Shown here in pieces: positions 36,201 to 48,200 of a stretch of DNA of 64,000 nucleotides. Under the pieces are notes generated by a model, which saw only the letters and a program-made list of their open reading frames with translations, was not told the origin of the DNA and did no database searches. Each line of letters begins with the position of its first letter. Positions within the stretch are counted from its first letter, which is position 1. Location: NCBI GenBank assembly GCA_965235115.1, contig OZ249448.1:20522001-20586000 (forward strand). The letters run 5' to 3'. A program made the position numbers and the translations under genes. The DNA comes from Laetmonice hystrix. Its lineage: Eukaryota.

Positions 36201-39200
36201 ATGGCCTCGGAAGGTGAAATGGAGAAATCTAAAGAAATGAAGGGGCGCACACAGCCCAAGGGGGAATTTCTGGCTTTCTTCTGGACACTTTCTGAAGAAC
36301 AGGATGGCCGCCGCCTGAGCGCAACGAAAGAAATGGTTGAATATTTATCTGATAAACAGAGAAATGTAAGTAATGTGGCAAGTACGCCTCCGGAATACCG
36401 CGGACCCCACGTGGAGATTTAGCGCTTGCCCTCCGCTCCTCAAGCCAACGTCAACAAGCCCCCAAAATATGTACTTCATACTATAATCGTTGTCAAACCA
36501 TGATTTATGAGAATCTACTGTAGAATATATAATATGAGGAGAACACTACTGGACCAACGATTCCTGAGCCTAACGATTTCGGGCCATGTGGGCTGTGACT
36601 GGTGTGGGCGATAATATGGGAAGTTCAGCTTTGTTATTGTAACCAAATTTATTTAACCGACCAGTTGAAGTACACACTCTTTGTCTACGTATAATACTGG
36701 GACAAAAGTTCCTCTAATATGTAATTTTAGACAAGTGTCTGTAAAGGGTGTGCGTCCATTTCGGCCGCCTGCTGGTTCGGCCGCCCGTATGGTTAACATT
36801 AGGGTGTAGGGGCCTATATCGAAATCGGCCGCCGCTCGAAGTCGGCCGCGCGTAAATTACGGGTGGCCGTACCCGACCAGAAGAGTTAAGGATAAGGTTA
36901 GGCCTAGGGTTAGTGATAGTTTAGTCCCGCGGGCGACTCCGACGGCAGAGCCGGGGGGTGCCGCGTGCAAAGCCCGACGGCCGATTTCGAGCGGCGGCCG
37001 ATTGAGTGACCCGTAGCACCGCGGCAGCGACCCGCGGTGAAGCTGGTCACTACAATATACGGGCGGCCGAACTGGCAGGCGGCCGAAACGACTGGCGACC
37101 CTGTAAAGTCCTATCCCAGCAAGCCCGAAAAATTTAAAAATACTTGAAAAAAATGTGTTTCACTTTGAAAGGGTATCATGTCACTTGAGCCGCAGCGAAA
37201 TGAGCCCGTAATATGAGCCCCTCGGCTCGGGGGGAGGGGGGGGCGAGCCTGCCTGGGGTGAGCGAGGGAGCGGTGACTGGTCAGTTGCCCGCTCAAACTG
37301 GCACGGGACCGCCGGCTGTTCGCTAGCTGGCGGGCTTCTATCTAGGGGGCCTCGGCCGATGTGGCCTACTGTAGCTTCTGCCGTACTGTACATTCCGCTC
37401 AGGCACCTTCCCGGCTGGGAGCTGTCACTGACTGGGACTTGCACGCGCCGGTAGCCGCGACAGTGTAGTTGGGTAGTGCACGGCTTTATCGCGGCAGGAC
37501 ACCGACAGGTCAGCTGCTTGCTGACAGGACTTGGTGCGTCCAAGTGACGGTGCCAAGCCGGGTAGATGCCCGAGCGGAATGTACAGTACGGCAGAAGCTA
37601 CAGCACGCCACTTCGGGACTTGTGGGGGGCCTCGCCCTCGGCCGATCAGTTTGGCCGGGGCTTGTTGTTGGGGGCCTCGGCCGGTAGAGAGCGGGATAGG
37701 GCTAGGCGCATCTAGGATCTTTTAAACTTTTAAACAATTGGATTATAATTGGCTGACCTACACCAACTGGCACCAACTAGGGCGCTGCTACTGCTTTGAC
37801 GGGACCCTCGCTGAGTTTAACCCGGCAGGCTCAAGTGATGGGCTCACATCGCGTCGCGCCGTGTATTCTTTGAAAGTCCTGATTGTAAGATTGCAGGGTA
37901 GCCATCTCTGATTTTGACTGTTTGTGTTTGTGACAGGGAGAAGTTCTTTGTAAGGACCTGGATTATGCACTGAAACGACTTCTCAAAGGTTTGGCATCAG
38001 ACAGGAAGTGGTCAAGGTTGGGATTTTCCACTGCACTGACACAGGTATTCCATCAGATTGTTGGTTTATGCCCTGTTAACCTATTTTATACAGAAATAAG
38101 TTCAGTCATAATTGATGAATGGCTCATTGAAATAACAAATATTTAAGCTGAATTATCTATTCTTTGGGATCATTCAGTAATGAATGAGTGTTTTTGTCTT
38201 TTCTGCCAGGTTTTGAGAAAATTTCCAATTGTGACAGCTGCGATCATGTTAGATATGTTGGAGAAAGCCAACGATGAACTTAGTGCTGGGGGATACGAAG
38301 ATAAAAGTGTAAGTCTGTACAGTCACTCAACTGGAACCAGGGTGGAGACATGTTAACACAGTCAAAGCAGGAGTTTCAGCTGGACTGAAACAAGTGGAAA
38401 CTGGAAATAGCACAGGTGTCGTGGAGGAATGATGTTCTTGAAATTTTAGTTATGAATGCGCATTAATGAAAGACAAAGGACAAGAATAGTTGGAGGTTAC
38501 CTATTCAAACCTGTGTCATAGCATCTGCTGTTTGCAGGATAAAAAGAATGCTGATGTTGGACGAGTTATGGCTTATCTTGCCCTCATGCAGTCAGGAGCA
38601 ATACATGAGGTAAGTTTTCTAACACTGTAAAGTTCTACTCGCCTGTACGCTAACACAGTGTGGATCAAATGTTTTCTTCAGTCAGGCGTAGACCTGACTG
38701 GTGATGTTTGCAACTGATGCGAATATCCAGTCAGATAGGCACAGCCAACGTTCAACTGAATCCTATCTAGGTATCCATCATGGTTGGAAGAACATTAAAT
38801 ATTGCTTTATTTGAAGGCTGATGGCAAAGATGTAGAACGTGTCGTGAAAGGTCTTGTGAAGATACGACGGAAGAGGAAAGACCTTCAGCAACTTGCGACA
38901 GAGGCTTTGTGTCAACTCATCGTTAAGGTAATGAAGGTTGTCGCCTCCACCATCAATCACCTGCACCTAGTTCCACCTTCGGAGAATTATTAACATTATT
39001 ATTGGCCAAGTTGAGTTCTGAGTAAAAGCCTTCTAGGTTTAGTTGGTCATGTGTTCAAAAGGCCTTCCCATCAGTAATGTTGTGTTTTCTGACTTTGCAG
39101 TATTAGTGGACGTTTTGTTGCATGCTGATGTCTCATTACAATTGAGACTAATTTTCTATAATGTTTGAAGGATTTCTAAATGATATTTGAATGCCCCTAG

Positions 39201-42200
39201 CTAGACAGCGGAAGGAATGTTCAGAGACCATGTGTGGCACTACCTGGAGGAAGAGTTGAGTACTGGATGGAAGGACTGTACTCCAGACACACTGCAGGTG
39301 TTATTAGTAGTCAACGACCATCACAAGGTTTGCAGGAGATTTCTACTCAATTCATTATTAATATCACTATCAAAAAGGAAATAATATTATGTACTTTTGA
39401 ATTGAAAAAAACTATTATTTACAGGTGGAAGATTTTCATATCTGTGTGATCTTCATCTGATTTCAGAGCTGTGTTAGCAAGAACTTTTTGTCTGAGCACT
39501 GGAATACAAAGAACATATTAAATACCAAGAATCATACCTTCCTGAAGGCCATCATGTCGGTGAGCATTTTCTCCCTCTCCCTTTTTAACAAATAAATTCT
39601 GCTAGAAAGATAGTAAAGAAATAATGATAACATATGATAACTTCTTTGTTAAAACTGTCTATATGTTCTCTATATTTCAAATTTAAGAAAACGTTAAATA
39701 TACTTTGAAATGGAAATGAGGAATATGTATAGCAAAGCTTTTGAGCATTGCAATCAGTTTTCATCTTGGAAGCTTTCATCCTCAGGAATCGGTGGGAAGC
39801 CTCCCTGTAGTTCACAGGGTGTGTCCTATGTTGGTGAGAAAAGCCATGAAGAAGGAGGAAGTCTTCACACATTTCTGGAGTGAAATCATTAATGGTATGT
39901 CTGTACATCCAGTGATATAGTGGCCATAGCAAACAATTGATTTTATGGGCTCTCCGAGGTCAAATATTGATGAATGATTCAAGGCTAGTCCAGATTTTAG
40001 TGTCTCTAACAAAAGTGTACTCTAGGACATTTAGCCCTTGTGTTTGTATGGCATGACACATTCTGAATATTGAAGCTATATTTGGAAATGGTTAAAAAAT
40101 GATCATTTGTTTTATAAATTCTTTTATATGTGCTGAAATATATATTTTTTTCAGATGGCTTTGCATCACAGAGTCTGAAGCATCGATCCCTTGCATTCCG
40201 CTTAGTGTCATTGTCATTGCCCTTAGCTACTACTGCAAAACAAGTAATTACCTCTGCTTCCTTAAAATTGTATGAATTAGCTTAAATTTTAGGGTGCAAA
40301 TAATGCTCATATTGAAAGACGACCCCAAGTGCTAAAACTTGCTTTGACAGGCATTGAAATTCATCATAAGCAGAAGAGATCAATTTTGATAAAGGGTTAA
40401 TTATTATGCAGTATGGGGAAGGTGAATAACAACCATTACAAAATTTAATCGCTTCCAATTTTAACTTACTAAATGTGCACACTGTCGGGTTTTTGGCCTT
40501 GAGATTAAGTGATGCTTTCTTCTAGGTGACGACCATCCTATCAGACAATGTGGTAAAGGCTATAGTGAACAGCAGGACTGCACACTTCAACCACAAACCT
40601 CTCCACAATGCAGCAGGATTCTTGGTCAGTATGGTAGACATTGACCATAGGGGGTACTAAGTTTTTGTGAATTATTAAAATTTATTTTAGGTCTCATTCT
40701 TTCATAATTTGTCAACATCAGTTTTATTATAGGTTTTATCAGATTTTCTATCAGTTAGTTTGTCGCTTTGACAAATTTTGAGTAGATATTAGTCTTTTAT
40801 TTTATGTTTCTTCATTGCAGATAGCTGATATCGTGAAATTTGCAGGAAACTGCCCAGACGGTGATGTCCAACTAGCAGTAATCCTAAGCCTACTGAATTC
40901 TAAAGAATCGTGTATGTTTGATCCAAGGACACGAACAAAGGCCATCAGTGAAATCGAAGAAAAGGTGTGCCCTTTCAGTTCATGTATGAACACCAGGAAA
41001 TGTTATATAAATATTAATAACACATGACCGAAAATGTACAGAACTTGATGCTGGTTTCTAATTGGAATTTTTTGAAATCTGATTTATTCCATGTGTCATT
41101 CAAAGCTGTTTCACTTTGCAGTTGAAACCAGATGCAATGGAGAAATGGACAGAGCTATTGATGGAAATGATCCTCGGTAGAGAAGAACTACCAACCAAGT
41201 AAGATGCTTTCTTCAGAGAATTGCATTGAAGCATTGGTGACAGTAGTTACCCTCTCTCTCCTACTGATTATATGTTATACTGATTATATCTTCATATTGA
41301 CTTCCATCAGAGAGGACAACGACATCGACATCGATACCCGAAAGTCATGGGCAGTGTTTGAGCTGAGTCGCTTACTCAGTAAGGCCAATGACAGGGAATG
41401 GCAGTTGAAAATCCTCAAGTTCCTCTTCCTTCATGGCTTTTTCAAGTTGGAAACACCTGCAGGCTTCGTACATGTACGTGCAGATAGTATTGCGAGGGTC
41501 TTAAAACCATCAAGAATATACCTAGAGTTTGATTTTTTTATGCCACATCTAGGACTACTTGTCGTTATGGTGTATGTTCTCTATTGAAAACAGGCTGTTT
41601 CACCAGGACTTTCTCTGTTTCCACAGGGCAGTAAACTTCTAGATAAGGCCCTGAGTCCCCAGACCTGCACAGATTTGCATACAGCCTTCTTCAAATCTTT
41701 GGACCGACTCGATGCCCAGCCCCACAAGGCTGATGGGTCCTCCAGACGAGACAAAAGACCCTACATTAGTATGGTCCATGAGGTGGTCCAGTATGCCCAG
41801 GTACTATTAGACACAAATAGGTTTCTTTTTATCAGGATCTCCAATATTTATGTTCACTGATATACTTTCTCCAGTATACTAACACATTCTGTAGTTGTAA
41901 CCTGACGATTATTTTTTTACTAATTGCTGCATTACAGACCCTTATGTCTACTGAAGGACTAGAGATGAGGCAAGAATTTTCTGTAGAAGTTAAACAGCAC
42001 TGGGAAAAGATGTTTGAAACAGTGGAGAAAATCGCGGAAAAGGTACGTGGTGTCATGTGTAATAGTTAAACAAAGAGAGATACCTGGGCAATTAAATAGT
42101 ATTGTTTTTGATTTTTTTACTTGGGGAGTTGATTGGCTGGTAGATAATAGATATAAGGTCTTTGGAGGTGTAAACAGACCATTATTATGCAATTCCTTTC

Positions 42201-45200
42201 AGCATGAGAAGGATGCCAAGATTGGCGAGGGACATGCATTTGAGTTGTTGTTCCTCTGTCTGGGCCTTCAACTATTTTCGGAGCCCCAAGCAGCAATGGA
42301 TATTCTTGAGGTAAGTCAATTAGAAGGGCAGATCGTTTAGCTGATTTTGTAAATTTTTGTTTCAGACACATCTGACGCTATGAGTTGTGTGTGAATCTTT
42401 GATAAATACTAAATAGATAAGTTGCTGTCTTTGTTTTCCTTTAGGATGGTTTTCAAGATCACCAGTTGCAAAAAAAAACTTAGAATTTGATGCCTGATTT
42501 TTATTGTAAGAGAAACTGTTCTCAGAGCATGGTTTGTCATGAAGTGACCTTTGTCCTACAGGATCTTTACATTTGTTACAACAAAGCCTTCAAACAGAAG
42601 AGACGGGTGTCTATGAAACAATCAACAGCAGGTGGTAGATTTCCATATTATAAAAGTTTTGAATTCATCTCTTTGGAAATGATGTGGAATCTGTAGATAA
42701 ATTGGATTATTCTGCCTATTTAGTAAAGATATTTGGGAGCCAGTTCTTAAAACTTTCATTCCTGGAATGCTGAGAAAACTGTGAACAAAGTGGCAACATT
42801 TTTTCGATACCCTTCATTAACCTTTTTGGGTTTGTTTGAGCTCAGGACCAGATTGGATGGAGGTTGTCACAGATGCCTCGCTCAGTCTGCTGTCACAGGG
42901 AAGCCACCTGGTGAGAAAGGTGGTTGTCTCAGTCTTCGCGATGCTCGCCCCCCATACAACAAAGGCATCACTGAACCTCATTCTCAATGTAAGTACATGT
43001 AGCTCCTGTTGCGTACCAACGTGTGTTATTACAAACAAGCAGGAAATTCCCATCATGTTTTTATTTTTAAATAATTGGATTATTACAAAAGATAGCATAA
43101 GGATGTTTGTGGATGTTTGTCTAATGCTTGTTGGTTGATGTTTAAGGTGTTTAAACCCAAGACAGAAGAAGAAGAAGACCTTCTAGAGTTTGAAGACGAC
43201 GGTGTGTACTCATTGTTAATCTATCAACTCTCAGAGCTGAAGTTGTTTGCCTGTGCTAATGTTTGCATTATTTTGAATCTTTACTTTCATCATGATCCAC
43301 ACACACTCGGGGCATATCAGTGCCTTACCTAGATCTGGGTAAGACTTGAGGCTATCTGTTGTAGATGAGGAAGATGCCGCTGAAGAAGATAAGGAAGGGC
43401 AAGCTGAGAAACAAGAAGAGGAGGAAAGTAGTGAGGAGGATGAAGAGGAGGATGAGGATGAAGAGGAGGCGGAAGAAGTAGACGAGAGTCTGCGTCTGTC
43501 CTTGAAACAAGCTCTTGGCAAGGCAGCCATTGGCAGTGATGAAGAGGTTACGAAGTCTTCCGTTATTTTCCAGTCTCCAGTCTTGTACAATTCAGAATAT
43601 TGAGATAACCGCGTCCTTGAGACCACCTTGCCAATACCGGTACCTTCACATTAAATCCTCTCAGTGGTAAGGTTAGAAAGACTGCAAGGTTTATTGCCGA
43701 CCCCGGTATAGTGTCAATACAATTCAAATATTCATTTGATTCTCTGTTGACCAATGGTGTTTTGACATAATTAATCTGTTTGACCCTTTGGTGAGCAGGA
43801 TGATGAGGAGTCTTCTGGGTCAGATTTTGATGATGAAACCATGTTCAAGTTGGATAATGCGATATCTGCTGCCTTCAAAAGTATGACAAAAAACAAGAAG
43901 AACTCGAAATACGTCAGGGAACAGAAACAACAACTGAAGGCGTACAGAATGAAGTAAGGACATGAAGTTAAATCCAAAACTTAAGGTCTGAAGGGGTAAA
44001 TGCTGAACGATATGAAGACGGAGGCTAATATAACTTACCAAAACGCAAGAATTATCACTTGTTTTCTTTGTTGCATCAGAATGATGAGTATGTTCCTAAG
44101 TAGCATTATGTTTTTCTCTTTGACCAGGTGTTTGGATCTGATTAAAGCGATCGTTGACAGTGAACCCAGTCCAAGTCTGGCCTTGGTAAGTCACTGTGTG
44201 CCCCATCATGGGGCCCCATAGTATGTGAACCGTCCGGGCACATTCTGTGAGCTGAGCGGTATTCAGAAACGGAAGAGAAATTAATTGTTTCAGTATTAGA
44301 CCCTGTCTACTGTACTTGTCTGTTTGATTGGAATGGATGGATAACAACAAGAATTCTACATGTAAAAGAAAGAAAATAAATGTGAAATTTGGCTAAAGGT
44401 GAAATTTGGCAGACATTGTGAAGAACCTTTAGGTACATGTACGTCAAAGATATGTGTACACATGTATAAAATATGTCATCGCGTGACATTTGTAGTGATG
44501 TGAGGATGACGGTGGCAGCATGTATGTTTACAGGAGCTGGTTATGCCACTCTTAGATTTGATGGATCATGGTGTCAGAGACAAAACATATCGGGACGAGG
44601 GAAACCGGGCCACAAAAATCTTCAGAGCTTTGGTAGCCAACAGAAAGGTATGTTCCCCCACCACTACAGCAGCACCAAAAAGCTGCTGAGAAGGGGAGGG
44701 GAGAGGGACGTCACCATTTTCATAATTACCTGTCATAAAAACGCTGATTAGATTGTATGTTCTTGCAGAGGAACTTGAAGGTGGCATGAAGTTTTATTTG
44801 AATGCCATCAGTAGCTGAAAGATTGGAAATGTTAAAATGTTAACTCTTTTTGGCAGGTCCTGCCCGATCCGACCCTAGATAGGGATGCTTTGCCAGAAGA
44901 GTTCCAAGAACTTGTAAAGCGATCCACAACAGGTAAGAAAAATAAATCATGTAACAAAAAAACCTTTTTTACATAACATATATTTGTATAGATTGGTAAG
45001 TGGCTCTGTGAGGTAAGAATGGACTAAGTTTATCTTCTTGCTTTCAGTTGCCGGTCCACAGATGGTGAAGGATGTAGCGCTCGCATGTCTCTTCTTGGTG
45101 AGCATTGAAGAGATAATCTTGATCGCATAATACTAATAGGAGAATTCAACAGTCTGAGTTCTTTACTGACTCCGAGTTGATGATTTATCATAAGTATTAT

Positions 45201-48200
45201 AACAAGGATATTTTTAATGGGTTTTTAACTTCACAGAGATTTTTGGCATGGTGCTGTAGACAGTTGTCTCAGTGTTGCTTGCACTTTGGCAAGAATCTGA
45301 ATCATCCATAAATGTAAAAATGTCAATTCAGAATTGCTGACGTGTGAGAACTTGACAGAGTTCATGGAGTTTATGTACCGGTACTGATGATTAATTGGTT
45401 TCTACGTCTACAGATCCGCCTACAGCTTGGCCTTGACATGGCCAGTGGGCCATCTCCATTGAGGACTCGTGCTGGGTCAGTCCTCAGGGCCAAGGTCAAA
45501 AAGGACAAGGTAAGCGCATACAGCCAGCAGATTTAGTAACACAAAAACTGTTACTACAATGCACAGCAAACTTTACAAACTTAACTTTCCTGCATGAGAT
45601 TAAGGTAGAAATCAAATCTAAGAGTGGCATAATCAGCATTATGTCAGATTTAGTGTTTTAATTGCGATGAACGTCGCCAGGTGGAGCTTGCGTTGATGCA
45701 ATAATTCCTCACTAGATGGCAGCCAGTTGTATAGCCAGGGAGTTGTGAGGGTTTCCACCAGAGGGCACCTGTGAAACTGTAGGGTAATGTTATGAGATCT
45801 GAAGTTGATGAATGTGCTGGTTGTATTGACAGGTGCTGGGAAACCAGCAGAAGGTTCTGGACATCATCAAGGCGAGTCTGGCTGATTATTGCAACAAGAG
45901 GTATGATAAATATTCAACAAGAGCCACATGTCAACTACTGTCCTATTACTTCTACCATTATGTCTGGGGCCTTATTAAAATCAGCGGTTTCCAGTAATAG
46001 GCTGAATAAAAAACAAACAAAAAATAGAAATGGGCTATTTCTATTGTAACATAAAAAGTGCCGTTATATGTTTGAGAAAAGAATGCATGAAAGGCACCAA
46101 CAATTACTGCACCTTGTTTTTTCTGTATTACAGAGAATCACACTTCAACCATATCTTTTTCTACACATTACTGTCAAGGCAGTCAGTAAGCATAGGCCAT
46201 TTTTTATTTTACTGTTTGAAATCGTTGATCGGATTTTTGTTATAGGGAATGTGTTAATTTTTATCAAAAGGATTTTCATCCAATACCTGGCAAATGTACA
46301 TACAGATGGGATAATTTAAAAAATATTAAATATACTGATTTTCTAAGTGACTAGTATAGGGACGCTTTGAATCTGCCTTGTCATCATTTGTTCATTGATG
46401 AATGATTTCAGTGTAGAATTAATATGATAAGACTTTTTGTTACTGTCCTTGATGTTGTTGTGAGTTGAGGCATGACTGTTGTGCGTTTCCTTTGCTCCCA
46501 GAGCATGCTGTGGGCCCTGACTGACCAACTCCTCGACCTGGCCACCAATATTGACGTGCGAGTCTTCTGTAGGGTGAGATTCCTTGGACTTTCTGAACAC
46601 AGCAATTCCCTTTCTGTAGTCTCCAGATCTCTGTTTTCATTATCTCTATTCATTAAAAACTTCAATCTTTGGTTTCAGACTCAAGTTTGGGCCATGCTGG
46701 CTGCAATGATCACAAGATCAACGGTAAGTGTTTGACTAAAGTGGATGGTTGATTTTCCTGTTGTAATTAATCTAGGTATATTTTAATTTCTGGCTAAGAT
46801 TGCATTAGTCACTGAGGAAGACGTAAATGAGAGATTTTTTAGACTTGATATGTGCTGTGTACCAGTATTTGTAAGTCCTTGCTCCAGTTTTTCAAAACAG
46901 TAATTTCTACCTTAATCTCATGCAGGAAAGTTAAGTTTGGAAAGTGTTTGCTGTGCATTGTAGTAACAGTTTTTGTGTTCGTTGACAGGCAGCTGACGTG
47001 GACTCGGAGAGTTGGTCTTCTTTCATGGACAGACTCGTTGCTGAGATACAGATGGTAATTAAAATTCTGTCCATTTGATCATGCGAAGGGCACAACCTAA
47101 AATGCCGTCTCTTTAACCATATAGGTTGTCGTCTTTTTCAGTGCACATTAAGGGAGAAAGATTGCTGACCAATTCACCAAGGCTGTATACAACAAAACCT
47201 TGCCAGAACCAGTAAACTCAAAATTCTGTCTACAGGGGTCACGTTCGTCCGCTATTTAGCGGATTTCCGCCATTTTTTTTCTAGAAATCGTCATTTCTGA
47301 GATCGATGCAGATCCGTTGAGCGCCGGGTGCAGATACACTTTCAGCTATTTTTTTTTGGTTCATGGCTCGGTGCCCTGTGTGTATGATATGATTGATAAG
47401 ATAAGGTTCTAGGGAAGATATTATCATCTAGGGAGGAATATGAGTTTCATTGTATGCGACATTTTGCAGGCCTTTGAGAGTATAGATATGGATGACTTAA
47501 AGCCGAAGATTGTCCAGGAACTACTGGCTGTTTCTGTGAGAGTCTGGACGACCTGCCCACACCTCCAGGTAAGTGTGAGACCTTCCAATTACACATTGAA
47601 GTGAATCGCTTTATCCTCTACACAATTACAATGTCAGTTTTTAGAATATTGGTATGCCTGATTTGAGTTCACAGGGTATGTAACCAGGACATTAATTTTT
47701 TTACAGTATTTGTGTTTTGGTGATTTCAGCAAAAGATGTTCTCTGATAATGTGATAGCCCAAATCAGAAAGGTGAAGGAACGGCAACTCACCAAGACTGA
47801 CCTGAAGCGTGCCTGCAGAAAAGTGCTTGTTTTAGTTGGGTGAGTGAAATTTTGCCTATACAAATGTAACTGCATCCGACAGTCTGTAAGTGTACAAGGC
47901 CATTTTCTCTACAAATTATACACTTGCCAGGAACATAAGAACTGAATGAAAAAGGCTTGGTTCACTACGTGTAGATGGAGTTTTTCTAATTCATTGTAAC
48001 TTTGTCAATTCTAGGAAAGTGTCTGAAAAGAATAGGCAGGCCAATCCAGCCGGAGATTCTGTTGCCAAGAAACGTAAACAAGACGCAGGGCCCACTGAGC
48101 TCAATGGCCATGGCAAGACGCCCACGTCAAGGAAGAAGAAGAAATCTGAGATCAAGGATGAAGATAAAGAAGCAAGTGTCCATGGAATGTCCCCATCCAA

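Noticed and set aside
38108-38156. TGATGA...CTGA with a 5-bp terminal stem (C/D snoRNA-like)
   Set aside because: Only 29 nt lie between the boxes and no recognisable guide target; too short to support.
38640-38770. Cluster of hairpins in a MYBBP1A intron (CTGACTGG/CCAGTCAG)
   Set aside because: No canonical H box, too short for a pre-miRNA, and the alternative pairings are mutually exclusive.
43231-43626. 131-aa Ser-rich ORF on the minus strand
   Set aside because: Antisense of the acidic MYBBP1A exon.
45144-45157. 14-mer ATTCAACAGTCTGA shared with eIF4H intron 3 (32535-32548, minus strand), resembling guide plus box D
   Set aside because: No good box C context, only about 8 bp of possible rRNA pairing, and a shared 14-mer between two ~10-kb regions is expected by chance.
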